IMG/VR virus record: IMGVR_UViG_3300002026_000069
Span: 36,161-100,160 of that record
From: a virus
DNA: 64,000 nt
Strand: one strand, 5' to 3'
Positions 29,212 to 40,156 of this stretch are shown here, piece by piece; within the stretch, counting starts at the first letter, position 1, and each line of letters opens with the position of its first letter. A program made the position numbers and the translations under genes. The notes beneath the pieces are model-generated. The model saw nothing but the letters and a program-made list of their open reading frames with translations, was not told where the DNA came from and made no database searches.

Positions 29212-30142
29212 TAAGACGAACTATCCATCTAAAGCAAAGGATATGATTCTGCAATTCTTGCAGAAGATATTCTCGCAAAGTTCTTTATATAATGGAATAA
29301 ATGAATATAAGTGGAGTCAGGATACGAAAGTATCTAAGATTCACATATCTGATTCAAATATAGAAAATCTATTAATTGTAGAGCAGAAGCCTTCCATCAT
29401 TGTTACTAGAGGTAACATGCAATGGCAAGGTGGAGCTATTGATGCTTTCTTAAATAGAAATATATCAGGCAATAGGGATTACAAGGATCTCATGTCTGTT
29501 GATATGACAATCAATTGTTTCTCACGCGAGGGATTGGAAGCTGAATTTTTAGCCAGTCTTGTTTTTCAACTTCTTACTCTTTTTAAACAAGATATACGCT
29601 CTGAGTTCTCATTGCAGAGAATGGAAGTATTAGGACTTGGCGCAGAGAGTATTATCCAATCTGATTCCAAGATAGACCTTATTGCTGTTCCTATTTTCAT
29701 AAGGCTCATGTGGTCAGAGGAATGGAAGTTTAACGACCAATTCTTACAGCTAAATAAACTTGTAATTAATGAGAGAATTGATCCGACTCACGCTAAGAGT
29801 GAAGACGAATTTCTGGATATCCCAATTTCTAAGATTTTTGTAAATCCTGCATCTTTGCTCGTAACAGGGGCTTCAACTAACCCCAACTTGAAAATTGGAC
29901 TATCATTCTCTATAGTAAATTCGTCAAAGAACCACGATGGACCTTATAGAATCGGAAAGATAAAAAACGATTTAATTACCCTTCTTTCTCCAATGGAGGG
30001 TGATGAAATTGAAGATCCATCTACCGCATCTATGAGAATCTTGGTTAAAGAAGGTCAACCGATTGAAGGAACGCCTCTTGTTCAAGAGATAGTTAAAGTT
30101 GACCTCACACCCCCTTTAAAACGTCCAGACATTACAGGATAA
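29195..30142 (+). CDS. Tail terminator/completion protein
   Basis: PSIIVTRG motif; directly before the sheath gene. Confidence 0.55.
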   Translation: MSVVLNKTNYPSKAKDMILQFLQKIFSQSSLYNGINEYKWSQDTKVSKIHISDSNIENLLIVEQKPSIIVTRGNMQWQGGAIDAFLNRNISGNRDYKDLMSVDMTINCFSREGLEAEFLASLVFQLLTLFKQDIRSEFSLQRMEVLGLGAESIIQSDSKIDLIAVPIFIRLMWSEEWKFNDQFLQLNKLVINERIDPTHAKSEDEFLDIPISKIFVNPASLLVTGASTNPNLKIGLSFSIVNSSKNHDGPYRIGKIKNDLITLLSPMEGDEIEDPSTASMRILVKEGQPIEGTPLVQEIVKVDLTPPLKRPDITG

Positions 30143-30148
30143 ACTACA

Positions 30149-33100
30149 ATGCCATATGAAGTACCAGATGTTACAGTACGCCAGATTTTCGAGACTCAAA
30201 GCCCAGGACTGAACACTCCTGCGCTTACTCTCGTTCTGATCGGTATCTGCAACCAGATTGAGAAGAAGGCCATTGCTGGCACTTACTCACGCGGAACGCA
30301 GACTGTAGTTCAATACCCTAACATCGTTCAGGGCGCTGTAGTTGATACTGGATCAGTCCAGGTTTTCCTACAGAATGATTATGGCTTATTCGATATCACT
30401 CCTGATCTCGGATCAGGCATTACTGTTGATGATATCACCATTCCTGCTAATGTTGATCTTGAGAGAACTCTCTCTGCTGTTGATTCAACAACTGGAGAAT
30501 CAACTGGTGTTATCTTTAAAGATCTCCAGAGCGACTTCCTGAATCTCGGCGTCACAACTGATGGGACAACCAAGATTGTTGTTAAGTCGCCATCTGGCAA
30601 CATCGGAACGTACATCGTTGATGAAATCATCGATGCTAATACTCTTCGTATCCACGAAGAGACTTCAGGCAACTTAGACGCTGATCCTGATTCGGTAACT
30701 CCGAAGATTGGAACTTTCTCGGGACCATACACTGGATCAATCATCCAGCAGACGAATATCGGCGTTAACGCACATGTTCTTCCAACCGCAAATCTAAAGA
30801 ACGATTACGCTGCAACCACAACTGTCATCAATGAAGTTGGCATTGGCGTCGGCGTTAAGGCTGGCGACTTCCTGCGTGTAACTCACACAGTTGTTGCTCC
30901 TGAGTACACCAACAGAGCCGTAACCAGCATTGATGCTGATAACGGACTCGGAGTTGGCCTTATCGACTTAACTCTCGCAACCCCTGCTGGAGTTGAGGTT
31001 GGCGATAAGCTATCACTTTCTGGAGCAACCGATCCAGCAAACGATGGAGATTACACCATCGCTGGATTAAATGTCATTCCGACTGCATGGACTTCTCTTG
31101 CCATTGCTTCGCTGAATGATGACGATCTAAGCGGATACGGCGAAATCGTTCTAAGCTCACCTGTTCCTGCTGGAATGGTCGCTGGAGATATCGTCACCAT
31201 AGCTGGTGCAACTAATGCTCTAAACAATGGCACTTACGTTGTTCAGGCTACTCCAATCGGCTCAACCATCAAGTTAACGACAGTGTTAGCTGCTGATCAG
31301 GCTGGAGCAGGCGGAACCGCAACCGTCAGCAATATTAGCTTAATCAGCATCAACGGAACATTCAACGGCGCTGATCAGGCTGCTCCTGGTGGAATCGTTG
31401 ACATCAAGGATATTGAGCAAGGTGGAGCAGGAGATGCTTCCGCTGCTGGAGACTACCGTATCGTTGCCATCCTTGGTGATGATAGCATCGAAATTGAATC
31501 ACCAGGACTTCTTGGTGGTGTTGATGGAACCGATATCGTTGACGAGGATCTTGCCGCAACAGTCATCGTTGCCAACTACCTTGGCACTGGACGCGGAAGA
31601 ATCACTCTTCCAAGCTACTCAGTACCTCCAACGATTACTACGGGTGATCGTCTGATTCTTACTGGAGATGCTACGCTTCCAGTATCAAACGATGGAGTTT
31701 ATGAAATCCATCTGATCACTGTGTCTGGACCAGATATCATCATTGATGTAACCACTACATTCAAGACCGGAACCTCAGATACCGATGGAACGGTTTCGCT
31801 TCAGGATGTTGGTTCAATCAAGGTTGATACCTTCAAGGTTGATCGCGTCTTCACTGCTGCTAACACCCTTGCTAAGACTGCTGGAGATTACTTCAGAATT
31901 CTTTCTGGTGCAGCACAGGGAAATTACGAACTGATCGGCGTGTATCCAAACAAGGTGGTCTTCAAGACTGCACTTGCTGGTGCAACGATCAATGGAGACA
32001 CCTATAACGTTCTCCGTGGAATTCCGACCAACTCAACGAACAATGTTTACTCAGTTCTGAAGGTTGAATCAGGAAGCTACTCAGCTTCAATCTTGGTTAC
32101 TTTCATCGCTCGTCGTAGAGATCTGACTGAGAAGATGTCCAAGATTGTAAACATCGAAGATGGTCTTGCTCAGCTTGGATTAGCTATTCCTGAGAATCCA
32201 CTCAGCTTAGCAGTCAGCATTGCTCTTCAGAACACCAACAATATCGTATACGCTCTTGGACTCGATGAAGATAGCGTTCTTGAGCATCAGAGAGCATTAA
32301 GCTTCCTTGAATCAGAAGAGGTCTACTGCTTAGTTCCTCTGACTCAGGATGATGCAAACTTCGAACTTTATCCAACTCACTGCGATATCATGTCGGCTGA
32401 GAAGGAGAAGCGTGAGAGAATCTGCTTACTGAATCGTGACCTCTTTGTACAGCGTCAGGTTCTTCCGATCAATGATCAGACGAACTACTCAACTGACGGT
32501 GCAACTGATCCATCAGGTATCATCTTCACTGATGCTGTCAATGGAATCTTCCAGACTGCCGCAGTTGTACAGGGCGATGATCTTGAGATTCTGGATGTTG
32601 GCGGAAGTGTCACTGCGACCTTTAGAATCCTATCAGTGGATTCAGAGACTCAGTTAACGCTGCTTGCAGCTTATACTCCGTCGCTGACGAATCTGAAGTA
32701 CAGAATCAAGAGCCACCCACTGACGAAGCTTGAGCAGGCCATCTACATCAGAGACTACGCTCGTAGCATCAAGAATCGCAGAGCGTTCATCATCTGGCCT
32801 GATGAGATCGATGTTACCTACGCCAACGTCTTTAATGGCGATGGAAAGAATATCACTGAAGTTGTTCCTGGTTTCTACCAGTGTGCAGCAATCGGTGGTA
32901 TGATCACCGAACAGAATCCACAGCAGCCCTTCACGAATGTTCCGATTAACGGAATTGCAGAGCTATACCATAGCAACCGCTACTTCCGTCCTTCGATGCT
33001 CGACATCATGGCTGAAGGTGGCGTGTACATTATCGTTCAGGAAATCCCTGAAGCTGTTCCGTACACCCGTCACCAGCTATCAACTGATATGACCACGATT

Positions 33101-33391
33101 GAGAGCCGTGAGCTTTCTATCTGCAAGGACATTGACTACATTGCGAAATACTTCCGCAATAATCTCCGTCCTTACATTGGTCGTTTCAATATCACTAAGG
33201 AATACCTGAATCAGGTTCGTACTGTAGCACAGGCTATCCTGCGTGATCTTCTCCGTAATGGTCAGACCATGCCTGGAACGACCATTCAGAGACTCATTCA
33301 AGACCCTGATACGCCAGATACGGTTATCCTTGATCTCAAGATTAAGGTTCCTTATCCCGCCAATTACATCAGAGTCACTCTCTACATCTAA
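30149..33391 (+). CDS. Tail sheath protein with multiple inserted beta domains
   Basis: PDVTVRQ N-terminus; C-terminal ELS..KD.DY...YIGRFN...VPYPANYIRVTL. Confidence 0.85.
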   Translation: MPYEVPDVTVRQIFETQSPGLNTPALTLVLIGICNQIEKKAIAGTYSRGTQTVVQYPNIVQGAVVDTGSVQVFLQNDYGLFDITPDLGSGITVDDITIPANVDLERTLSAVDSTTGESTGVIFKDLQSDFLNLGVTTDGTTKIVVKSPSGNIGTYIVDEIIDANTLRIHEETSGNLDADPDSVTPKIGTFSGPYTGSIIQQTNIGVNAHVLPTANLKNDYAATTTVINEVGIGVGVKAGDFLRVTHTVVAPEYTNRAVTSIDADNGLGVGLIDLTLATPAGVEVGDKLSLSGATDPANDGDYTIAGLNVIPTAWTSLAIASLNDDDLSGYGEIVLSSPVPAGMVAGDIVTIAGATNALNNGTYVVQATPIGSTIKLTTVLAADQAGAGGTATVSNISLISINGTFNGADQAAPGGIVDIKDIEQGGAGDASAAGDYRIVAILGDDSIEIESPGLLGGVDGTDIVDEDLAATVIVANYLGTGRGRITLPSYSVPPTITTGDRLILTGDATLPVSNDGVYEIHLITVSGPDIIIDVTTTFKTGTSDTDGTVSLQDVGSIKVDTFKVDRVFTAANTLAKTAGDYFRILSGAAQGNYELIGVYPNKVVFKTALAGATINGDTYNVLRGIPTNSTNNVYSVLKVESGSYSASILVTFIARRRDLTEKMSKIVNIEDGLAQLGLAIPENPLSLAVSIALQNTNNIVYALGLDEDSVLEHQRALSFLESEEVYCLVPLTQDDANFELYPTHCDIMSAEKEKRERICLLNRDLFVQRQVLPINDQTNYSTDGATDPSGIIFTDAVNGIFQTAAVVQGDDLEILDVGGSVTATFRILSVDSETQLTLLAAYTPSLTNLKYRIKSHPLTKLEQAIYIRDYARSIKNRRAFIIWPDEIDVTYANVFNGDGKNITEVVPGFYQCAAIGGMITEQNPQQPFTNVPINGIAELYHSNRYFRPSMLDIMAEGGVYIIVQEIPEAVPYTRHQLSTDMTTIESRELSICKDIDYIAKYFRNNLRPYIGRFNITKEYLNQVRTVAQAILRDLLRNGQTMPGTTIQRLIQDPDTPDTVILDLKIKVPYPANYIRVTLYI

Positions 33392-33403
33392 GGATAAAAT
33401 ATC

Positions 33404-34162
33404 ATGGCTGGAACAAATACGTCATTCGCCGGTTGGGATTGGCATACAAAGCATGTCGAAGATCGACTGAAGCAGGGAGAATATGTTTCAGCAGAAACTA
33501 TTCTCATTGCAGCAGGACCTCCGAGATTCGAACAGGTTTCGTTTGCCAATGCTGGATCTACCATAATTGGCGGATCTGGCAGTCAGCAACCTTCAGCAGT
33601 TGATGCTGGTGCTGTCTATCCTATTGGTCTGATCGAGAACTTCGGACTATCACAGAATAAGCAGCTTCAACGCTTATTTGAAATTGGTTCGAAGAGAAGC
33701 TACTTCGTTCCTGGTCGCAACATCGCTTCCTTCTCGTTAGGAAGAGTTCTGTTTTGGGGTCCAAGCATCATGCGTGTCATGTATGCTTACTACCCACATA
33801 ACAAGCTCCTTCTGGCTAATGGGGCCAATGGCGACGAAGCATCAAACAATGATGGTATCTTCGTATCAGGAAAAGAAGAAGAGTTCCCTCAGATCGTCAA
33901 TGCCCCTGGTACTGTCATGGGTAATGATGCTGAGAGAAAGGCTTCGTTCTACATCAACCTTGCCTCAGATCTGTTCAATCAACCTCTTGGCCTCATGGTT
34001 TACATGAAGGACGTAAGAGATCAGATCTTCTCAGCCTTCTACCTGGAAGACTGCTACATTCAGGCTCACCAGCTTAACATCAACGCTTCAAGCGTTCTTG
34101 TTGCAGAAGGTGTCTCTGGACAGTGCGACACGGTTGTTCCTGTGGATATCTCAGGAGCGTAA
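33404..34162 (+). CDS. Tail tube protein
   Basis: IGLIENFGLSQNKQLQRLFEIGS..YFVPG; follows the sheath gene. Confidence 0.75.
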   Translation: MAGTNTSFAGWDWHTKHVEDRLKQGEYVSAETILIAAGPPRFEQVSFANAGSTIIGGSGSQQPSAVDAGAVYPIGLIENFGLSQNKQLQRLFEIGSKRSYFVPGRNIASFSLGRVLFWGPSIMRVMYAYYPHNKLLLANGANGDEASNNDGIFVSGKEEEFPQIVNAPGTVMGNDAERKASFYINLASDLFNQPLGLMVYMKDVRDQIFSAFYLEDCYIQAHQLNINASSVLVAEGVSGQCDTVVPVDISGA

Positions 34163-34167
34163 GTTAA

Positions 34168-34389
34168 GTGAGTGAACTCTCTGAGCTTACTCATTCGATT
34201 AAAGAATTAGTCCATAGAGTTGATGGACTAATTTGCCATTACACATCAATTGATGCTGATTATAGTCGCGTCAGAAACACTCTAGTAGATCACGAAGAAA
34301 GAATTCGTCGTCTAGAGCGAGAACATAATTTTGAACCAGCTAAAAAAATAGGCGAAGATAGCGCCTTATTTCAAGTAATAAAGTCATGA
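34168..34389 (+). CDS. Small coiled-coil protein
   Basis: DHEERIRRLE. Confidence 0.45.
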   Translation: MSELSELTHSIKELVHRVDGLICHYTSIDADYSRVRNTLVDHEERIRRLEREHNFEPAKKIGEDSALFQVIKS

Positions 34390-34688
34390 ATAAGTTAGCA
34401 GCCATAAGGGATGCAGTAGAAGAGATCAATAAAGAAGCTCTCTTTGGATCTTTAGTCCCTATGGCTGCTAGATTTGCCCCTACTCTATTTAGGGCTGCGA
34501 AATCAACTGTAAACCTGGGAAGAGGCGCTTTAGGCGCAACTAGAGCAGGATTAGGCGCTGCTAAGCAAACAGCAGGGCAAGGTTTAGCGAAGTTACCTGG
34601 AACTGGAATCAAAGGAACCGTCGCTAGTATGGCGATTCCTATGCTTCCAAATGCCAGCGGTGCCGCTAGTGGCCCAACTAAGTTTTAG
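34386..34688 (+). CDS. Tagged amphipathic Gly/Ala-rich protein (putative head cargo)
   Basis: MNKLAAIRDAVEEINKEA|LFGSLV... Confidence 0.55.
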   Translation: MNKLAAIRDAVEEINKEALFGSLVPMAARFAPTLFRAAKSTVNLGRGALGATRAGLGAAKQTAGQGLAKLPGTGIKGTVASMAIPMLPNASGAASGPTKF

Positions 34689-34918
34689 TCGCAGTGTTGT
34701 ATATTAAATAGCTTAAGAGGGTCTTTTACCTTCTCAAAGTAAATGGTATGTGTTTTACCATTTATAGCTATTCTAAATTCGCCTTCGTCAACAAACTTAA
34801 CGTCGTATAGCTTTTTTATATTAGCTATTACTTCTTCGTGTTTTAATTCTTTATTGGATGTAAAAAGATTCTTTGGATCGTAGAATGATCCTTGTTCTTT
34901 TATTAGGTAAATTAACAT
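34685..34918 (-). CDS. Hypothetical protein
   Basis: ORF. Confidence 0.45.
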   Translation of the reverse strand: MLIYLIKEQGSFYDPKNLFTSNKELKHEEVIANIKKLYDVKFVDEGEFRIAINGKTHTIYFEKVKDPLKLFNIQHCD

Positions 34919-34945
34919 AAAAAGTCCTAGCTAAAAACAAACCCC

Positions 34946-35479
34946 TCAGATGAGGGGCTTGTTGGTGGAAAACTTATAATTGTTGGTTTCGAAGTTCCAG
35001 ATGAAATATCTGGTCTTTCCCTCACCATCGAAAATGAATCCATCGCCACCAGTGGAGATAGCAATGAACATGCGATGCTTTGGGAACATCTCCGTTCCCG
35101 TAACCCAACCCTTAAGATTCAGAGCTTTCTTCGTCCCAGCCTCATCAGACACATGCTTGAGGATGATTGGGAGAACATCAGCATCATGTCGTGGACCATA
35201 TCCACATGCTCCCAACATGAGAACTGAGAGAGCTTGAATCACCGCAATCCGTTCAGGCGACCAGATCTCTTTTCCCAAGCGGTTTATATCATTTATATCA
35301 ATCTTCTTCTCGCTAAGCAAATGAGCGAGAATATTTGTATCGGTTCGCTTTCCGATATAGCTAAGCTGACTGTTGCACAGCTTGTAGGCATTGTTCCAGA
35401 GATTCTGGTTTAATGCCGCTTGTATTGGCTTAAAAATAGACCGAACCAGCTTTCCCTCTAGTTTGTTCATCGGCAGCAT
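34946..35479 (-). CDS. Hypothetical protein
   Basis: ORF followed by a terminator hairpin. Confidence 0.5.
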   Translation of the reverse strand: MLPMNKLEGKLVRSIFKPIQAALNQNLWNNAYKLCNSQLSYIGKRTDTNILAHLLSEKKIDINDINRLGKEIWSPERIAVIQALSVLMLGACGYGPRHDADVLPIILKHVSDEAGTKKALNLKGWVTGTEMFPKHRMFIAISTGGDGFIFDGEGKTRYFIWNFETNNYKFSTNKPLI

Positions 35480-35754
35480 CTTCCTTTGGGTTTGGGGTTA
35501 GAGTGAATGATTCCCGGCATAGGTGTTATACCAATTTTTGCCTCAAGAGCATCAATCTGACCAAAAGGAACTCTGTCGCACTTCTTAGTGTCTAAATCTC
35601 CAGTTAAAACTCTATTTCCATCTAGAATAGTTTTAGACGAAGGTTTATAATAAATAGTTCCGCATTTATACCAAATCGAATCCCGTAAGAGATCTCTTGC
35701 TTCTTTAGTTTTTCCTAATCTTTCAAGAATATCTATCTTACGGGATACAGTCAT
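35467..35754 (-). CDS. Hypothetical protein
   Basis: Coupled to thyA. Confidence 0.45.
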   Translation of the reverse strand: MTVSRKIDILERLGKTKEARDLLRDSIWYKCGTIYYKPSSKTILDGNRVLTGDLDTKKCDRVPFGQIDALEAKIGITPMPGIIHSNPKPKGRCCR

Positions 35755-36653
35755 ATGGCTACTTCTGCTTTGATTGGTGGATGATGAAGATAATTCACCA
35801 GTGTAATATCTTCTAACTTGAAATCAAGCAGACTGTCAAATCCATTTGTTTTCTTATCGTTTAATACGAGCTTCGGAAGGTCCATCTCTCTACGAGATAA
35901 TAATTCCTCAACTTGAGGAAAATGATTCTTGTAAATATGCAAATCACCAAAGGTATGAATGAATTCCTTGGGCTTTAAACCGCAGACATGGCCGATCATA
36001 CAGGTGAGCAGGGCGTAGCTAGAAATGTTAAATGGCACCCCTAGAAACGCATCTGCTGACCTCTGGTAAAGCTGGCAGGAGATGTAGCCATCCCTGACAT
36101 AGAAATGGAAAAGGGTATGGCACGGAGGAAGTGCAACTTCGTTTTGTTCCTTCGGATTCCAGCCTGTAACAATTAATCTACGGCTATTAGGATTCTTTTG
36201 AATCTCATTGATCAGCCACTTGATCTGATCAACACCATTATCTTCGAAGCCTGGGCAGATAAATCGCTTTGTCGAGTTAGAAAAATATTCAGCCTCTTTG
36301 ATATCGGAACGCTTGAAATAAGCTCCGAAATTTCTCCATTGATGGGAGTAGATCGGACCAAGATCATTTACATTACGATCATATTTAATCGTATGTGGAA
36401 GATCAGACCATTCATTCCAGATAGTGCATTTAGTTGCTAAAAGACGACTGTTATCACACGATCCAGATAAGAACCAGAGAAGTTCATTAGTTAAAGTTTT
36501 GAATGCAATTCTCTTGGTCGTTAGAATCGGAAATGGATCTAATGAATATCTCGTTTGATATCCAAAGACGCTTTTCGTTCCAACTCCAGTACGATCCGAA
36601 TGGTCAGTACCATTCGTGAGAATGTGTTGAAGGAGTTCTTTGTATTGTTTCAT
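35751..36653 (-). CDS. thyA: Thymidylate synthase
   Basis: DRTGVGT, LGPIYSHQWR, ALPPCH, YQRSADAFLGVPFN, HIYKNH. Confidence 0.97.
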   Translation of the reverse strand: MKQYKELLQHILTNGTDHSDRTGVGTKSVFGYQTRYSLDPFPILTTKRIAFKTLTNELLWFLSGSCDNSRLLATKCTIWNEWSDLPHTIKYDRNVNDLGPIYSHQWRNFGAYFKRSDIKEAEYFSNSTKRFICPGFEDNGVDQIKWLINEIQKNPNSRRLIVTGWNPKEQNEVALPPCHTLFHFYVRDGYISCQLYQRSADAFLGVPFNISSYALLTCMIGHVCGLKPKEFIHTFGDLHIYKNHFPQVEELLSRREMDLPKLVLNDKKTNGFDSLLDFKLEDITLVNYLHHPPIKAEVAI

Positions 36654-36985
36654 GAAAGGTCCATGACGGATAAGAGGCTGAATAGTTTATAGTAAAACTT
36701 AAGCTCTTCAAGGGTAAATTCTACGTCTTTAAATGACCCATGAGAGAAAACTTTCTTATCGAAGTACCAAACTCCAACATTAACCCAAATAGAAGGATCT
36801 TTGTTTAATCCTAATGGATGTGCTAATTCATACGACTCTATTTCCATTATAAGATCCTGAAGAGAATCTCGGATTAAACACCATCTACTTGGATGTGAAT
36901 TACAAGCTCTCTTGAGTTCATCCCTAGTAAATAAGTCTATAAAATTATGATCTAACAACTTTTGAAGGTTATGATCAGAAATCAC
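36650..36985 (-). CDS. Hypothetical protein
   Basis: Coupled ORF. Confidence 0.45.
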   Translation of the reverse strand: MISDHNLQKLLDHNFIDLFTRDELKRACNSHPSRWCLIRDSLQDLIMEIESYELAHPLGLNKDPSIWVNVGVWYFDKKVFSHGSFKDVEFTLEELKFYYKLFSLLSVMDLS

Positions 36986-37703
36986 GTTTCACTGGCTTAG
37001 GACGAGTAAAAGCGACTTCAGCTTGCGGAGGTTCTTCAACTGCAACTTCTTTCGCTTTTTCGTCTGAGACTTGGAAAGCTGGCGGTGCATCGTCATTAGC
37101 TTCCTCTTCAATTGGCAAATTGGTTGCAAGATCAATTACCTTGCATGCACCCTTGCCATGCATCTTCGTAATGTGACGGCGAACTCCACCAAGCGAAGGA
37201 GTCTTTAAGCCACAGGATTCGCACTTGAACTTAAAGTCTTCAGACTCTTCTTCAATTGGAGCAGATTCCTTTGTGACTTCTTCTGGTTCATCCTTAATAA
37301 TTTCACCAGTAGCAATATCAATCACTTCAGCTTTTCCCTTACCATGCATCTTCGTGATATGCCTACGAATGCCACCAATAGAAGCTGAAGGAAGCTGACA
37401 ATCACTGCACTTGTATTTTGACTCTTCAGCAACAGGAACAGGCTTAGCTCTTACAACTCGCTCTTCAGTTGGCTTTTCAAACACACCTTTGATCTCTGTG
37501 AATTTAGCTGGAGCAACACCATGCAGATGCTCTTCGAATGCATCTGGAAATTCCTTTTTGATTTCCTCAAAAGTTCTACGAGACATTTGTGTAATTTCAA
37601 CAATCTCATACCGCTTACGAGCAGTATGATACCATTTGATACGTGAGTTGCTGGGATCCTTCTCAAGATCCGTCAGGCTGCTCTTGATTACTACGAAGCT
37701 CAT
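36975..37703 (-). CDS. Protein with two C2H2 zinc fingers
   Basis: YKCSDC-x12-HITKMH and FKCESC-x12-HITKMH. Confidence 0.75.
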   Translation of the reverse strand: MSFVVIKSSLTDLEKDPSNSRIKWYHTARKRYEIVEITQMSRRTFEEIKKEFPDAFEEHLHGVAPAKFTEIKGVFEKPTEERVVRAKPVPVAEESKYKCSDCQLPSASIGGIRRHITKMHGKGKAEVIDIATGEIIKDEPEEVTKESAPIEEESEDFKFKCESCGLKTPSLGGVRRHITKMHGKGACKVIDLATNLPIEEEANDDAPPAFQVSDEKAKEVAVEEPPQAEVAFTRPKPVKRDF

Positions 37704-39885
37704 TTTGTAGCTTTCTTATTTTGTTGAATACAGCTTCCTCGGACTTGGGAAGCATGTCTGCTTTTATATTGTCATAATCTTTATTATTATCATATTCTTT
37801 TCCACCTTCATAATTAATATCTCTGGCTATTCCCATACTAAATACGTCAAGCTCTCCATCATCTCTCATATCCTCTTTATCTTCACCGATTACAATGACT
37901 CTGTAATCTACATCTGATATTTCTAGCTTAGAGAGCTTGTAAGCCAAAAAGCCTTCTTCATTCTCATACCATTTAATTGAAGTGATGTAAAACATGACAT
38001 ACGCTTCACCGTCATGTGTTTTCATGTGAATATCATCAGCGTATTGAATAAATTCTTTTAATAAATCATCTGGAAGTAAACTAAATTTAACTGCATAAGC
38101 AACTGTGCTTCTATAACCCACGCTTGGTGACTCCCATATCGAATTGTGCGTGATCTAAATTTAAATCTATCTTTAATTCAACAGGCTCTTCAATATCAGA
38201 ATCATTTGTATGAAGAATGACTTTAGAAATCCTAACATCGAATACGCTCAGGCATCCAACCTCTTCGTCTGATTCCTCACCTAAGTTTATATAGGAATAG
38301 TCGTCTTGAATTTCAATTGTATTAATAAAGTCTAATAGAGGCTTATGCGGTTTAACGTCATGCCATTTAAACATGACCGCATATTCCTTGCGATATGCCT
38401 CATCTCTATTTATTAAAAACCAATTTAAAAGCTCCTTTGGAATAATTCTATAATCGTAATAGGCAAATAAGAACTCATTCAAATTTTCAGACCTTGCTTT
38501 TCTAAAAGGAACAATACTCTATTTAAAGTATCTTTAGGAATACCTAAAGTGGAATACTCATGTAAATGGAAAATAAGTAATTCCTTCATTGTCCTAATGC
38601 CCCATCTGGACAATGAAGGAAACCCATATAACTCTATAGCGTCATCTGGATGAATCCATGACGCTGTAGTTTTAATGTCTATATCTTTAAGTTGCGCTTT
38701 TAGGAAAGTACAAGATTGAACAGCACATAAGCTGTTTCTCTACAGAGTTATCTGGAGCAATCTTGTTGAAGCTGAAGAACTGAACGGCATGCACAGTTAC
38801 TTCAGGATTCGTTTCCGACCATTGATTGAACTTCGTTTCCAACGATGGATCCTCTTGATTGGAGAGATCTTTGTATAAGATTTTGAGCTTCACGTTTAAT
38901 CATCCTGAATGGGTTGTAGTAGAAGAAGACATTAATTAGTTTATCTTTATTGAATACTAAAATCATTTCTCTATTTCTAAGGTAAGTACATCCAATTTGG
39001 AATCTTGTGCCACAACGATTAACTTGAAGTGGAGATAATAGTTTGCTGTGCTGTGTGCGAAATGCTATCTCTTCTTCAACATTCTCTTTGATACCAAACC
39101 GGAGCCGCAATTGTTGCTTTGCGTGTTCCGTTATAACCATGCTGTGAAATCTACCTCATCTGTTGGTGGAATTAAATTTTGAATCTCTAATGGTAATAAT
39201 TCTCTTTTATCCTGAAGCTGTGCCATTAGCTTCGCAATACTTATACCCTTATAATCTTTGATACTACTTAGATCATCTTCATGTTCATATTTATCATCAA
39301 ATATACAAATATGTCCATCGGGACCAGAATATGTTTCACCATCACTTAGGAATAATATCGGAAAACTCACAATGTCCTTGGTTTAGGTTTAGCGAATTCT
39401 CTATTGGAAGCTATTGGTTTTTCGACTTTAGGTGCTGCTGATTTAGCTCTGCTTATACATCCATTGCATACAGTTAAATCTATATAATCACATAATCTTT
39501 GCTCAAGTAAACCTTGAGCATAGGCTACATGATTTTTAGGTATAGATGCTGGCAATCTACATTCAGCGTGTGCGCTATAAAATATATCGCCAGATGGAAC
39601 AACACATCCGCATACATTACATCTAATCACGGGTGACTCCCTAAGTTAGATGTAGTGTATAACTTATGTTACATCAGTCAAGATAGACTTGACCACTTCT
39701 GGATCTTTCTCATGCCGAATGATTTTATCTATACCTAAAATTTCCATACATTTCTCAATGTGTAGATTCGAACCAATAACAATGATATTGTCTTTATATT
39801 CAATCATCTCATGAAATAGAGATGTGTTGAAATTTTTGATTTTTGATATGTCGATTATCATTGGTTTCATAACTAAAAAATCCAC
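37663..39885 (-). other. Run of small hypothetical ORFs
   Basis: 37663-38121, 38111-38482, 38687-38893, 38802-39140, 39131-39370, 39367-39630 (CxxC), 39664-39885. Confidence 0.5.
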
Positions 39886-39918
39886 CAGTATTAATTATAC
39901 TGGTGGATTTCCGTTCAA

Positions 39919-40152
39919 TCAAATTACATACTTCCTGGAATAGAAGTCTTCCCAAAGACGAATGAATTCATCTCTGGTGGTAATCGCTGAAGCTTCATCT
40001 TGCAGATAGAAGTTGCAACGCTTGTTTTCCGGTCCAAGATGTACGGAGAAACCCCACTTCTTCTCATTCTCGTCTTTAAAGATCGGATCGACCTTTATAA
40101 CCATTTCGAATGGGATTGCTGGAGAATCTTTAATCTGAAAGATTGCGAACAT
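39919..40152 (-). CDS. Hypothetical protein
   Basis: ORF directly after the vWA gene. Confidence 0.45.
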   Translation of the reverse strand: MFAIFQIKDSPAIPFEMVIKVDPIFKDENEKKWGFSVHLGPENKRCNFYLQDEASAITTRDEFIRLWEDFYSRKYVI

Positions 40153-40156
40153 ATTA

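Noticed and set aside
35751-36653. Group I intron or intein in thyA, or in the terminase
   Set aside because: Both ORFs are continuous, of normal size, and lack splicing motifs
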